Part shown: one piece after another, positions 43,234-55,991 of the stretch
Numbering within the stretch: position 1 is the first letter of the stretch
Layout of the letters: each line of letters opens with the position of its first letter
Assembly (NCBI GenBank): GCA_000004985.1
Contig: GG738888.1
Strand: one strand, 5' to 3'
DNA from: Naegleria gruberi
Lineage: Eukaryota
DNA length: 64,000 bases
The notes under the pieces: generated by a model
The model's input: only the letters and a program-made list of their open reading frames with translations
The model's database searches: none
What the model was told of the DNA's origin: nothing
Translations under genes and position numbers: made by a program

Positions 43234-43307
43234 TACGCCGTAAGGGAGTCGAACCCTTGACCTTCAGCGTGTAAAGCTGACGATCTAACCAACTGATCTA
43301 ACGGCGC
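43234..43307 (-). tRNA. tRNA-Val (anticodon UAC)
   Basis: 74-nt cloverleaf: acceptor GCGCCGT/ACGGCGT, D-stem GATC/GATC, anticodon stem TCAGC/GCTGA with loop TTTACAC, T-arm AAGGG-TTCGACT-CCCTT, discriminator A. Confidence 0.8.
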
Positions 43308-43366
43308 TTACAGTGAGTTATTAAACAACATATTTGTTACCTTAATCCGCCTTAAAATAATTTATC

Positions 43367-44230
43367 TTACAAATATTTTTGGATTAGTTTTGTAATAGTT
43401 TCACGAGAATGGTCATCAGCTGCTTTACACGTTTTACAAATGAGTGTGTAAGGGTTTTTAACATTTTCATTCTTAATTATCATCACATTAAAATGTTCAC
43501 ATTCTATTTGTTTTCTTTCTTCTTTTTGAATTTCTGATATTGTTTCATTATCCAAAATTCCGAAACCCTTCTCACCAGCTGCTTTGAATAGTTTCATTTT
43601 CCCTCTCTTGTACGCATCAAATTCAATCTCACTTCTTGTTCCAATATAAGCTTTTCCTCTGATTAAAGTCCTCAATTTCATATTTCTATTGATGAATTTA
43701 GTTCTCTTATTCAAAAACTCCATATACAAGTTTTCGAATACTTGTTGTGAGTCCACTATCGAAGGCAACAATTCATCAGTTGCCTTTTTTTTCTTCTTCC
43801 TATTATTATTATCATTATTAATGGCTGTTCGAAATTTGAAAATATTTGTTGGATCGTTACTTTCCAGTATTCTTTCAAGACTTCCTTGAAAACGCATATT
43901 TTTATAGAGAGCAGCATGATCTGTTTCATTCTCTCCAGAAAATATATCAACAAAATCACGACTCAGAATAAATCTCTGAAATTCAATGGTATTCACAATT
44001 TCATACACTTTCTTATCAACTAGTAGAATAGAAGTGTACAATGATTTCAAATCTAAATATTGCAAAATCACATGCCATACTTCCGTCAAATGTATTTTTG
44101 TAAACTCAGTTTCTTGAGGTTTAAGCTTTGCAATAGGAGTTGATTTTTTCTTGTTTTTTGTTTGCTTATTCTTTTTAAAATTGTGTAGATTGATCAATTC
44201 CTCGTCATCCAACAAATCAAATGCAGACAT
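43367..44230 (-). CDS. F-box-like protein (unknown C-terminal domain with Cys/His cluster)
   Basis: 287 aa, ATG at 44230. F-box-like IHLTEVWHVILQYLDLKSLYTSILLVDKKVYEI. C-terminal GKAYIGTRSEIEFDAYKRG ... CEHFNV..CKTCKAADDH. A GIY-YIG-like fold was considered but is not supported. Confidence 0.4.
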   Translation of the reverse strand: MSAFDLLDDEELINLHNFKKNKQTKNKKKSTPIAKLKPQETEFTKIHLTEVWHVILQYLDLKSLYTSILLVDKKVYEIVNTIEFQRFILSRDFVDIFSGENETDHAALYKNMRFQGSLERILESNDPTNIFKFRTAINNDNNNRKKKKKATDELLPSIVDSQQVFENLYMEFLNKRTKFINRNMKLRTLIRGKAYIGTRSEIEFDAYKRGKMKLFKAAGEKGFGILDNETISEIQKEERKQIECEHFNVMIIKNENVKNPYTLICKTCKAADDHSRETITKLIQKYL

Positions 44231-45175
44231 TTTTTTTGAAAATGTTTTCTTTTCGTTGTTGAAGCGTAAAGTTCAAATTTTTATCTTCACCGATCTGCAA
44301 CTATTTTCTTAAATTTCTTTACAGTTAATTTCGCGCCAACTAAAAACCGCTGAAAGTTGTCTATTCTTACCGTTAAATATTCAACAAAAAAAAAACAATT
44401 ACTCATCATGATTTCATCACCATGAGGAAAGTTCTCCCTTTTCTTCCTTCCACATCAGCCATGACCACATTCAAACCATAACAACATCTATATAAATTTG
44501 CCTGCCATTTACCAGGAAGATGTTGGTACACATTATAGTGAAGGTTCATGAACCGAAGTACATTATTGCTAGAAGAACACGCATATAATTGATACTTTGG
44601 AACAGCCCTGTCTCACTCTCTTTGATATGTTTTTCTATTTTGTAAAGAAGGATTGACTGGTCTAGGTAAGAATAGTGAAAAGGTAACTTTGAAAGAATAT
44701 CGCTGGTGGATACATTGTGGAGAGTTTTGATTCTTTGGAAGAAATTCCAATCACTGAAGATTTATACCGATTAAAATAAACACTGTAACACTATCCATCT
44801 CAATTTAAGAAACTTTATTCTAATCTCTATAAAACAATTCCCAATTTAATACAACACAAATTACCCAAATTTCAATCAAAAACATTTCACACCTTCAACA
44901 AACTTTTTCATCCCTCACTTTTTATCTGAAACTTTTACTGTTTGCAAGTGAAACACGAAACACCAAATTGCACCTTCGCATTCTAAAAATAAAATTATAT
45001 CAATCATCAACATGTTCATCGCTTGTTCATAAAATGCAGACGCAATCAATGCTGATTATCACAGATCAAAAAAAAACGCAACAATTTTTCTTCGCGGCGA
45101 CGATTTTAATTTCTTTTTCCTATTAATTTCTTCTTTCTGTGCACACAACTACTTTTAAACCAACTCTCTCTGAAA

Positions 45176-46629
45176 ATGATCACTACACATCAATGTGCTC
45201 CATCGAATGCTACTACTGGATCAGCTCGTCTTGATTTATTCTTTAAAGCTGCTCGTGGTATTGAAGAAAGTTTCTTGTTGCAATTGGTTGAAGCTTCATG
45301 GAATGAAAATCCATTAGATACTTTAAAGTTAATTTTCCAAACACGTGATTGTCGTGGAGGAAAAGGAGAACGTGAAATTTTTCACAAGTGTTTGAACTGG
45401 TTGATTGACAATCACCCAGAAGATTTACTTGTCAATTTGGAACTTTTACCAGAATATGGTAGATGGGAAGATTTGTTGAGATATATCAATCAAGAAAAGG
45501 GAAAGATTGGTGAAACAATTTCCAAGCTCTTTGCTGAACAATTACGTAAAGATTATGCTGCTATGCATGATGGAAAGCCAGTTACTTTATGCGCCAAGTG
45601 GGCACCAACTGAGAATTGTAAACATGACAAGAAGTTTAGTGCTGTGAAACTTATTGCTAAAGAACTCGGAATTAAAAAGGCAGAATATAGAAAGCAATAT
45701 CTTTCACCACTCCGTGAATATATCAAGGTTGTTGAAAGATACATGTGTTTGAAGCAATGGGATGCTATTGATTATTCCAAAGTTCCAGGTAATGCCATGA
45801 ATAAGCTCAAAAAGGCATTCAACAAGCATGATCCTGAAAGATTTGCCGAATATATGAAAAAGTTAGAAAAGGGTGAAACAAAGGTCAATGCCACAACTGT
45901 TGAGCCACACGAAATTGTAGCTCAATTCATGTATGGACAAGCACAATCTGAAACTGATCAAATTTTGGAATCTCAATGGAAGGAAATTGTCAAACGTGTC
46001 CAATCTCTTGGAAACATGGATCATGCATTGGCAGTTGTGGATGTATCAGGATCAATGAGTGGAACACCACTCAAGTAGCAATTTCCATTGGGCTGTTGGT
46101 GTGTGAATTATCAATGCCACCTTTCAGAGGAAAATTGATTTCTTTCCATGAAGATCCTCAATTCTGTACCATCAATCTCAACACTACTTTACGTGAAAGA
46201 GCTCAAGAAATCATGCTTATGCCATGGGGTATGTCTACAAACTTTTACAAGGTCTTTGAAACAATTTTGAGAGAGGCCAAGCAAAATAAGTTGACTCAAG
46301 ATGAAATGCCAACTTCCATCTATGTCATTTCTGATATGCAATTCGCATCTGCTGCTGGTAGTTCAATGAGCAATTTGGAATATATCAAAAAGTCCTATGC
46401 TGAAGCTGGTTATGAATTGCCAAAACTCATTTTTTGGAATGTCAATGGTAATTCTCGTGATTTTGTCAGTGGTAATGCTCTTGAAAATAATGTTGCCATG
46501 ATTTCTGGTTTCTCACCATCTCTTCTCAAAGCTGTTTTGAATGGTGATGATTTTACCCCATTTGCTATCATGATGAAGGCCATTCAAGATGAAAGATATT
46601 CCAAGATTAAATTGGCCAGCTCTGAATAA
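45176..46629 (+). CDS. DUF2828-family / vWA(MIDAS)-like protein; 1-nt deletion frameshift near 46068-46078
   Basis: ORFs 45176..46078 and 45976..46629 are joined at ..LAVVDVSGSMSGTPL|VAISIGLLVCEL.. (MIDAS-like DxSxS). ATG at 45176. About 940 bp of upstream intergenic DNA. Confidence 0.5.
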
Positions 46630-46771
46630 GCAAATTGACCTTATCAAAGTAGATAATGTTTGTAAAAAAACAAAAAATCCTTATTAAAAAGTAAAAACTC
46701 CAAAAAAGTACTCTACAATTTCTTTTTAGTTCTTTTTTGTGAATTTTTTTAAGTGAAAACAGTAGAAAAAA

Positions 46772-48690
46772 ATGTGTCAATTTATCAAGAAGGCACTGTT
46801 TACATTGTGTTTGTCCATCATAATGTTGTGGATGTATCAATATTTCAATCCCGAACATTCAATTATTAATCATGAACATTATGGAGCTGGATATAAATTG
46901 AATGCACCAATGCCTTCACGTTCCGAGCTGATTTCCAAATTGGAGAAGCATAAGAGCCAATCTGAAGATGAATTTGATGTTTTAATTATTGGAGGTGGAG
47001 CAACAGGTTTGTTTTCTTTTATTTAAAATTGGAGAACAAAATACTTGAATTATGTTGAATTTAAATTGATTAAAAGGAAGTGCAATTGCATTGGATGCCA
47101 ATTCTAGAGGACTCAAAGTTGCTTTATTTGAAAAGGAAGATTACAGCAGTGGTACATCCAGTCGTTCAACAAAATTACTTCATGGTGGTGTAAGTATTAA
47201 AGCAAATTTGAAAATTTACAAAAATTGTAAGGTGAGATATTTGAAAAAAGCAATGACAAATTTGGATGCTTCACAATTCTTCCTTGTCAGAGAAGCTCTC
47301 CATGAAAGATATCTCCTCTTCAATCAAGCTCCACACTTGACCAATTTCATTCCACTCATTACACCAATCTATTCATGGAGTGAAATTATTCCAACATTTA
47401 TTCAATTGAAACTCTATGATTGGATTGCATATCCACATCTTCATGATAGTTATTTTGTTAGCGCAGAGGAAGCTAGCAAATTATTCCCAATGATTAAGAA
47501 GGAAGGTCTGAAGGGAGCCATGATTTATTATGATGGTCAATTTGATGATGCCAGAACTAATCTGGGATTAATTTTGACTTCCATTCAGAGAGGAGTATTG
47601 TCATTGAATAGATTTGGAGTTGTTGAACTCACTCATAATTCCACAGGAAAATTGAATGGAGCTATTGTGAAGGATGAATTGACTGGAAAAACATATCCAG
47701 TTAGAGCTAATACTATTATTAATGCAGCTGGACATTTTGCTGATGATATCAGATTGATGGATGATGCAACATCTACCAAACTTCTTCAAGCAGCTTCTGG
47801 AATTCACATTGTTTTGGATGGTAAATTCTGTCCAGCCAATGAAGGACTCTTAATTCCAAAAACGAAGGACAATCGTGTGTTATTCTTACTTCCATGGAAG
47901 GGTAAAACACTTGCTGGAACAACTGACTCTCCAAGTCCAATAACCAATAATCCAAAACCAAGTGAAGCTGATATTCAGTACATTCTCGATCACATTAATA
48001 TGTACTTCCAGGTGAAGGTTTCGAGAGAGGATGTCTTATCTGCCTGGAGTGGAATTAGACCATTGAAGAAGGCGACTGAGGAGAAGGATACTGCATCAAT
48101 CTCTAGAGAGCATGCCATTTATACATCACCAAGGTAAGTAGTTGGCACTTTGCTCAATAATTATTCATATTGAGTGAAGTGGATTAATGACAATTATTGG
48201 AGGAAAATGGACAACTACTAGAAGTATGGCTTCAGATATTATGGAAAAGGCCATCAAACAATCTCCACAACTCCAAGAAAGAATAATTGGCCCACCATTC
48301 ACTGATAGAATCAAATTAGTTGGTGGTGAGGAGTTCAATCCTCTCTATGTTAAAAAGATGAAGCTCGATCCAATCATTGCTGAGCATTTGAATTCAGTTT
48401 ACGGAGATCAAGCTTATTTAGTTGAAGAAATTGCTTTGAAGGAAGGACGTACAGCAAAGCTTCATCCACTCTATCCATTCATTGAGGCAGAAATTATCTA
48501 CTCAATTAGATATGAATATGCTGTAAAGATTTTGGATATTCTAGAAAGAAGAACTAGAATTCAGTTCATTGATACCAAGACATCTTCATCTCTCATTCCA
48601 ATTATTTCTCAAATTATGGCTGAAGAATTGAAATGGACTACAGAACAAAAAACTGCTGAAGAACAAGAAGTTCATAAATATTTACAATAA
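46772..48690 (+). CDS. FAD-dependent glycerol-3-phosphate dehydrogenase, mitochondrial type (GlpD/GPD2); exons 46772..47006, 47077..47189, 47232..48133, 48180..48690
   Basis: Introns restore DVLIIGGGATG|SAIALDANSRGLKVALFEKEDYSSGTSSRSTKLLHGG|VRYL..., then ..EHAIYTSP|SGLMTIIGGKWTTTRSMA. Introns: 70 nt GTTTGT..AAAAG, 42 nt GTAAGT..GTAAG, 46 nt GTAAGT..GTGAAG. All phases were checked. Confidence 0.8.
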
Positions 48691-48717
48691 AGAACTTACC
48701 TTTACAAAATACAAGAA

Positions 48718-49985
48718 TTAAAATAATGCCTTGTAAACATTCATTAAAAACTCTTGATCAAATAAAATCATTTCAACATTGAATTTCATCCAATCTACAT
48801 CAAACTTTCGTTTGGCAGCTCTAATCACAAGTTTCAAAACAATTTCTCTATCCTCCACAATATCCTCACCAAGATAATCTATTTTTTCCACAATCTTGAA
48901 TAATTTCTCATAGGGCTGGTCAAGTGCAAAGAGTACAGTTTCCTTACTATTCCTAAATAGAGAAGCAGCAAATTTTAGAGCATATCCATTCGATTTGATG
49001 GCCTCCATTACAATATTGTTGTCGTAGGAGCAATCACTATTCAATAATCTGAGATTCAAACCATCTCTCCGCACATATTCCAATAATTCTTCCAAAGTTG
49101 TTTCCTGAGATAGTATAAAATCACAGGGAGAGTATGGGCTATCAAGGAGTGAACATCTTTTCTTAGATGGAGAATTGAGAAATTCATGGATAGAATCCAC
49201 CTCCACATATAGCTTTCGTTTGTGAGATGGTATAAACTTAATAGAATCACTATTTTGCTTCAAGGCTTCTGAAATTACGTCATCATTCATTAATTCATCA
49301 GGTACATGCTTGATTACAAATCCATTCACTTTAACAGCATCCATCACAAATGATTTGTCCTGAAATAGTTTTGTCATTAATCGACAAGATTCCAAATTTT
49401 TCACACTTTCCAAAGCAATTTCCCTATCCAAATGAAACTTTTTCTGAAACCAATGTAAACAACTATTATTGACCATCAATGATCTCTTCACAAATTCTCT
49501 ATCATTCTGTAACTTTTTCGAAGCAAACGTAACAGCAAAATGATAATTTCGAATAGCTGCCAACATGATCTCCCAATCATTCCTAAAATTCATCGTTAAC
49601 TTCTTCACATCATTCGCAGTAAGAGTTTTATATTGCAATAATAGTTGCAATACTAATTCCCTTGAGATGTAACCACCTCCCATCCCATCAAATTCTCTCG
49701 TAAACGATCCAATAAATTCACACTTTGCAACACAGCCTGATCAAAACAAATTCGGGAGATGAGAAAAGCTAAAACCTGATTACATAAATCTATTCTCTGC
49801 CTCCGATGATAGAGTTGGAGAAGTATATCGGATTGGAATGATTGATCGAGTAATAGTATTACATTGTCAATATTATGATCGGAGGATGATGATTTATTTT
49901 CCTTTAGTCTTTTGCAAGACTCTTCGGAATTGATTTGAAAAGTTTCATCATCACTTTGCAAGAAACATTCACGATTTCTTTTCAT
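48718..49985 (-). CDS. DUF4116-repeat protein; 1-nt deletion frameshift in GGG run near 49672-49690
   Basis: Repeats of the form (D/N).E.VL.A(V/I)K.NG.ALK(F/Y)A..(L)..(D/N). ORF 49653..49985 (N-terminal part) and 48718..49683 are joined at ..RENLMGW|GGGYISREL... ATG at 49985. Confidence 0.5.
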
Positions 49986-50256
49986 TTTTTTTAAATTAAT
50001 TTTTTTTGAATTAAAATTGAAAAATCATTTATGGAAATTTAATTTGAGATAGAAAGACCAATTCAAATTATTAAGTTTAGGGGTAGGTTGAAAGAGAAAA
50101 AATTATTGCAAAATGGGGTTTCGAAAGAAGTTGAAAGTTTATACAATAAAAAAATTGAGATGGATTTTTCTATTTACATATCTCCATCTATTGAATAAAT
50201 ATAAATCTGAAATCTAATCTTGATAAGTTAGATTCTAGGGTATAGTACAATTAGAT

Positions 50257-50937
50257 TCAATCAGTTTCAGATTTAATTTCAATCTTTGGTTCAATCTTAA
50301 TAGATTGGTCAAACTTCTTCTTCTTTCTCTTAGGACCATTCAAGGTCAAATAAGTTGAGGCAAACTTGCTGACATATCCAGCTGATGGTTGCTTGCCAAT
50401 CAACTCAAAAATGATTTCACCAATCCTCTTATTGGAAAAATCCTCATTATCACCCTGTTCAGACTTTATAATCTGCAACACCTTTTCAATTTGGGATGCA
50501 TTCATCAATGCTGAAGGGTGACCTCTCTCGATTGTATGGGTTGTTGAGCTATTAGTAGCACAAGTCAATTGACCCGCGTCATACGCCCTCAAATATCTTG
50601 AAAGTTGGGACTTGTTAATGTGTTTCTTTTGTGAGTACTCCATGATGGAGCCTCTTTCTCGAGCTGGATGTTCCTTTATAAAATCCAATACAATTTCCAA
50701 TTGTTCCTCCTTACTTCTCTGCTTGTAGACAACCTTTTCCTCCTTCTTTAAGCCACTAGTCACAGTGGAGGAAACTACATGTTCATATGGCAATACAAAA
50801 GCAGCCGAATCGCTAATTAATCTATCAATGGACAATTCCTTGAAAAGAACAACATCCTCTTGATCGACAAGATTCTTGGAAAACCTTGTTTCCGATGAGT
50901 TTCTATCAACAAAGGTGGTTGAGCCCAATCTCTTCAT
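50257..50937 (-). CDS. hypothetical nuclear protein with helix-turn-helix-like segments (possibly CENP-B/pogo-type HTH); basic KRKKKK tail
   Basis: 226 aa, ATG at 50937. The segments EHPARERGSIMEYSQKKHINKSQLSRYLRAY and ..NASQIEKVLQIIKSEQG..IGEIIFELIG look like psq/CENP-B-type HTH. Assignment is weak. Confidence 0.3.
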   Translation of the reverse strand: MKRLGSTTFVDRNSSETRFSKNLVDQEDVVLFKELSIDRLISDSAAFVLPYEHVVSSTVTSGLKKEEKVVYKQRSKEEQLEIVLDFIKEHPARERGSIMEYSQKKHINKSQLSRYLRAYDAGQLTCATNSSTTHTIERGHPSALMNASQIEKVLQIIKSEQGDNEDFSNKRIGEIIFELIGKQPSAGYVSKFASTYLTLNGPKRKKKKFDQSIKIEPKIEIKSETD

Positions 50938-51209
50938 TTTTTGTGTGTTGTATTATTGTGTAATCTACTTTTGATCAGTGATTTTGTTCCGATCTGGTGG
51001 TGATTCCGCGTTCTAGTTGATCGATTTTTTTAAATTGATTTTTTATTAATAGATTTTTTTAAATGCAATCTACAACTTGCACCATTTTTATTTTTGGATT
51101 CTTTAAAGTTCGATGGTGAACTTGGGCATAGAAAAAATTTGTAGCAATTTACAATACCCTAATCCAAGGGGTTGAAAAAATTCTTAGTAACAGTCCAATC
51201 ATGCATAAG

Positions 51210-51290
51210 GCGGTCTTGACCGAGTGGTTAAGGTGATTGACTAGAAATCAATTGGGGAGACCCGCACAGGTTCGAGTCCTGTAGATCGCG
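51210..51290 (+). tRNA. tRNA-Ser (anticodon AGA), class II with long variable arm
   Basis: Acceptor GCGGTCT/AGATCGC (one G-U pair), D-arm ACC-GAGTGGTTAA-GGT, anticodon stem ATTGA/TCAAT with loop CTAGAAA, variable arm GGGGAGACCCGC, T-arm ACAGG-TTCGAGT-CCTGT, discriminator G. Confidence 0.8.
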
Positions 51291-51330
51291 ATGAGTTTTT
51301 GCTTTTGAAGCCCTATCAATTAATTGTTGT

Positions 51331-54300
51331 TTATTTGTTGAGTAATTCCTCAAATGCCATCAATTTCTGAGTAATTTCTGAGAAATTGGGTCTATTGCTA
51401 GGAGAGGAATCCCAACAATATTTAACCAATTGAATAAAGGAGAAGACTATTTCGTATTTTGATTTCTCGTTTCCTAAATATTCTTCACACCACTCTTTAC
51501 ATGACAGCAAAGTGGAAAATGGAATAATTGGACGAATTCCTCGAGAAACCAATGCAGGTACCTTGAAACTATTATTCTCTACCTTCTTGTATTCTGAAGT
51601 TTCGTATTCAATTTCTCTGAATAACTTCTTTCTATTCTTTTCTTGATAAATATAAGGATTCTCTTCAAAGAAAATTTCCCAACAAATTATTGCAAAACTG
51701 TAAACATCTGAAGCTGTCGCTGTGTCTGTGGTCATTGAGTTTCCATTCTCTTCGAAATGCATATAAAATAAAGTTCCCAAGTTATTGGTCAGGTTTGTGT
51801 TTTTAGTGAGAGCTCGAGAAAGTCCAAAATCAGCAACTTTACACTTATTGGAATTATCCATTAAAACATTTCCTGGTTTCAAGTCTCTGAATATAGTTAT
51901 TTTGGTTATTTCAATATGGATGTTAAAACTTACCTGTGAATAATGGGAGGTTTCAGTGAATGTAAATAATCCATTCCTTTTGAAATATCCAACAAGATTG
52001 AAATTTTATCCGAAAGCTTAATGTTCGGCAAGCTTCCAATTCTCAATTGATATAAGAAACTTTCCAAAGATCCTTTCGTCATGAATTCCATCACAATCAA
52101 ATAATATCCCTGTAAAAATGAAACTCCATATATAGTAATAATATTTGGATGTTTCAAATTGTGCAATAAAGTTACTTCCTTTAAAAATGATTCCAATTCT
52201 TCCACTTTCTTTACGGCAACTTGATTTTGCTTCCACTTAGCTTTGTAAACTTCACCTCCCGATCCAGATCCGAGTTTCTTCTCAAATTCTAAATCCTTAT
52301 AAGGTATAAATATTTTAGATTCTGTTATAGATTTGATTCCAACAGCCACAGCACTTTCGGATGAATTATTATTAGCTGTATTTCCTGAACTAGACATGTT
52401 TAATGAACTACTTATCGATGCAGGATCACTAAACTCATCCAATTCTCTATAATCACCCAATGAAGGTCTTAATAAATGGAATGGAGAATCTTGACCTTCC
52501 AAATGTTCAGCAGTTAATGACATTTCCATTAGTTTCCTATGAACTTCTTTTTCTTGAGTATTCTTTCGATTCCATCTTCTTGAATTGTAACAGTAAATAA
52601 CACAACAACCAATAGTAGCAACACACATTACAAAAGAAATTGGAACACTCACTGTAATTCCAATAATCCAACCTGTTTCAGATTGTGAACCCAAATCCGT
52701 ACCCGTACTTCTATCTTGGCAATGTTGTCCCTTGTATCCTGATATACACTTGCAATTATCTTTGCCTAAACAGGTCCCATTTCCATGATTACAAACAGAT
52801 GAGTCATTGAATGGAATACCATTACAGGTAAATAATTCACAAAATTGTCCTAAAAAACCAGAGTTGCATTTGCAAACATTAGGCGAAAAACAGACACCTT
52901 GAGAGTTACAGACATTGGTTTTGTTTGCTGAGATTTCATTACATTTAGGGAATTCACATTGAGAACCTGTGTAGTCGGTATCGCATAGGCATGTATCTTT
53001 GGTTATACATTTTCCATGCCCATAACAAACATTGGATGCGTCAGAGGAAAGTTCAAAACATGTTGTAAATTGGCATCTTTCTCCAAAAAAACCAAAATTA
53101 CATTCACATGTATCTGGTGCCAAACATGATCCGTATCCAGAGCAAACTGATCTATTATTCGAAAGTGTTCCAAAACAAATTGGAATGGAACAATCAGAAC
53201 CTCCGTATTTGGAATTACAAACGCAAAGGTTAGGCTCAACACAAGTACCATTAAGATTATTACAGACATTTGAATTATTAGATGGAATTCCAAAGCAAAC
53301 TGGTTGTTCACAATCCAATCCTACAAACTTTCCATTTTCACAGGAACAATAGTCTGGTTTCGTACAATTTCCTTTGCTATTGCAAACTGCTGATTCGTTA
53401 GCACCAATACCATAACATATCGCATATTGACATGATGGCCCTTGATAACCTTGTGAACAATTACATGAATCAAAACCAATACATTGCCCATGACCACTGC
53501 AAACCAATGGAGAATCTGATCCATAGTTGAAGCATTTCCAATGTTCACATTGTAAACCAGATCTTCCAGGATAACATTGACAAGTATTTGGAGATGTACA
53601 ACTTCCATTAGAATTGGTACAAACTGACTCATTAAGAGCTGAAATATTATAACACAACGGAATCTGACATTCCAATCCTTCATAATTTTCTTCACAATTA
53701 CAGATATTGGGTAATATACACTTTCCATTTCCAGAGCAAACTAAACTTCCATTATTCATGATAATTGAAGAATTATTATCTATCTTTCCAAAGCAAACAG
53801 GATATTGGCACTCATTTCCTTTCCAACCAGTTTCACATTCACAATTGTCAGCTTGACTACAATTTCCATGTCCATTGCAAATTAAGGAACTGTTGTATGC
53901 CAAACTCTTTCCAAAGCAAATTGGGTATTGGCATTCGTTTCCTGTAAAACCAGATGGACAGTCACAAATATTTGGTGAAATGCAATTTCCAGTTCCAGAA
54001 CACACTAAACTGTCATCTGCACGCTTTCCAAAACAAATAGGATATTCACAATATTGTCCTGTAAATCCTGTTGGGCATTCACAAAGTCCTGGTTGAGTGC
54101 AATTTCCCACTCCTGAACAAACTCTTGTATCATTGGATACGAAATCACCACACACTGGGAATTGACAATTTGGATAACCCCAACCAGGATTACATTCACA
54201 TTCATTAGTATAGATACAGACACCATGAGAACTACACACAGATGAATCGTTGGAACTAATGCCGAAACAAAATGTAAATGGATACATGAATGGTATTTCG

Positions 54301-55826
54301 AATAATGTGAAGGCATAGTGATCTTGATGGAATGTGTAATTTGAAATTGATTCTGTAAAATAACCGTCTGTGGTTATCAATACATTGACACTCTTTGTAT
54401 CTTCATGCCTTTGCAAAGCCATTGAACTGTAATTTCCATACATGATATATGAAACTTGCCATTCTCCCTTTCTATAATTGGTAATCGATCTTACATTCAC
54501 CTTATACTCCACTTTATTCCTTCCTAACATATCTTTATAGAGACATCTCATTGCAAGGTACAAATCTTTTGAAATTCCTGAAATACTGTAAACTTGAACT
54601 CTTTCACAAGGTCTGTCAAAATTTTCCGCATGATTCATCTCTGAATTGTAGGAAGAATAATATTTGAGTTTCTTATCGTCTAATAAGGTTATACATGTAA
54701 ATGATTTCAACCCTTCATTGTCCATACATGATGTAACAAATTGGTCATTTCCTATCTGTTTCGAATATAAATCAACTTTCAAATCAAATCTGTATGAAGT
54801 ATTGGTCCACAAGTCAAGGATATTTCCACTTGTATCGAATTTAAGAATGTAAAATGAATGAAAATCAACATTGACATTGTCTATGATTGTGAAATTCTTT
54901 TGTTTTCTATCGAGCCAAGTTGTTGTACCGCTATAGTATCCACTCAGATACATTGTGGTATTTGAAATGGTTGCTTGATAGATCCTAACATAGGCAGTAG
55001 AATTGGTATTGTGTGTTTGGAAAGTCCACAATGGTTCCATTTCATAACTGTTCGATTTTCGACGAAATGCTTGGACAAAAGAATTCGAAACCAATTCGTT
55101 ATTTGCATTTGCATCTCTGTAAACCTTAAAAGATCCGTAAGAAAGGTAGGTATCTTCTTTTCCTCTTCCAGAAACATAAACTTCATCTCCTTTGACTAAA
55201 ACACTGAAAGGATTGTAACAATCTTTCGAATAGCAAAGATATTGAGTGTTCCATTGAAGTGTGCCATCATCAAGTGAAAATACAAAGAAAAGAGGACCTC
55301 CTGGTTGAGAAAATGGATGAATCTTGTTTGAAAGTGGCACATAGGCTGAAAGAAATACAAAAGCATATTTTTGATAATCAGAGGAAACTCCAACATCATA
55401 AAACTTGCAATCGTTTGTCTCACAATCTATTGAATATTGCCACAATATCGTTCCATCTGATTCGTTTAGTTTGATTACAAACAATGATTCCCTTGTGAGT
55501 GAATAGGGTGAAGTATTAAGAAATGAGGCACTTGGTTCAGTTTCGTTGGCTTTCGTCCCATTCACAAACTGATCTTCTACATTGACATTTGGATATAAAT
55601 ACAAATTCTCAGTAAATGTTCCACCCACTACCAAGTGTCCACTAGTAGTTGCAGTAAAACATTGGACACGAGCATCCTTTCCAGTCTTTGACGTGAGGAA
55701 CCAATTAATTTTGTGTGGTTGAAGATTTACAGAGGTTTCATGAGAGAAGGACGAGAAAAACACAAGAAACAGAAGAGTGATGAAGAATGACTTGTCGATG
55801 AAGGTGGATTTTGTCTCTAGATTCAT
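51331..55826 (-). CDS. receptor-like TKL protein kinase with ~560-aa beta-rich N-terminal ectodomain, ~12 tenascin-type EGF-like repeats, TM helix and kinase; exons 55826..51934, 51886..51331
   Basis: The first ATG is at 55826 (MNLETKSTFIDKSFFITLLFLVFFSSFS, a signal peptide). EGF repeats of the form C.C..G(W/F).G..CQ(Y/F)P(I/V)CFG. TM helix IIGITVSVPISFVMCVATIGCCVIYCY. Kinase motifs GSGSGGEVYKAKW ... HSLKPPIIHR|DLKPGNVLMD..DFGLS are split by a 47-nt GTAAGT..TTCAG intron at 51887..51933. Confidence 0.75.
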
Positions 55827-55991
55827 TTTTTTTGTTTGTGCGTTGAATATTGAATGTTGAGTTGTTGTCACGGTTTTGTGGTGCAGCAACCTTGAAATGG
55901 AAGGAGCAGAAATTGCTAATATAGAAGTTATGGTTTAGTTGGTAGAATTAGTAAGTTAGACTGAATTAGTTTATAAATACAAACTTTTAAA

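Noticed and set aside
43367-44230. GIY-YIG nuclease assignment for the C-terminal 'GKAYIGTRSEIEF' segment
   Set aside because: Only the YIG half is visible. There is no convincing GIY, Arg or Glu catalytic residues at the expected spacing, so it is left as unknown.
808-55474. Numerous 60-150-aa ORFs antisense to or nested inside large genes (e.g. 808..1005, 1740..2009, 16367..16573, 27722..28165, 30733..31005, 53003..53728, 54005..54316)
   Set aside because: These are shadow ORFs typical of AT-rich coding DNA. They have no motifs, no ATG or splice support, and are fully embedded in well-supported genes.
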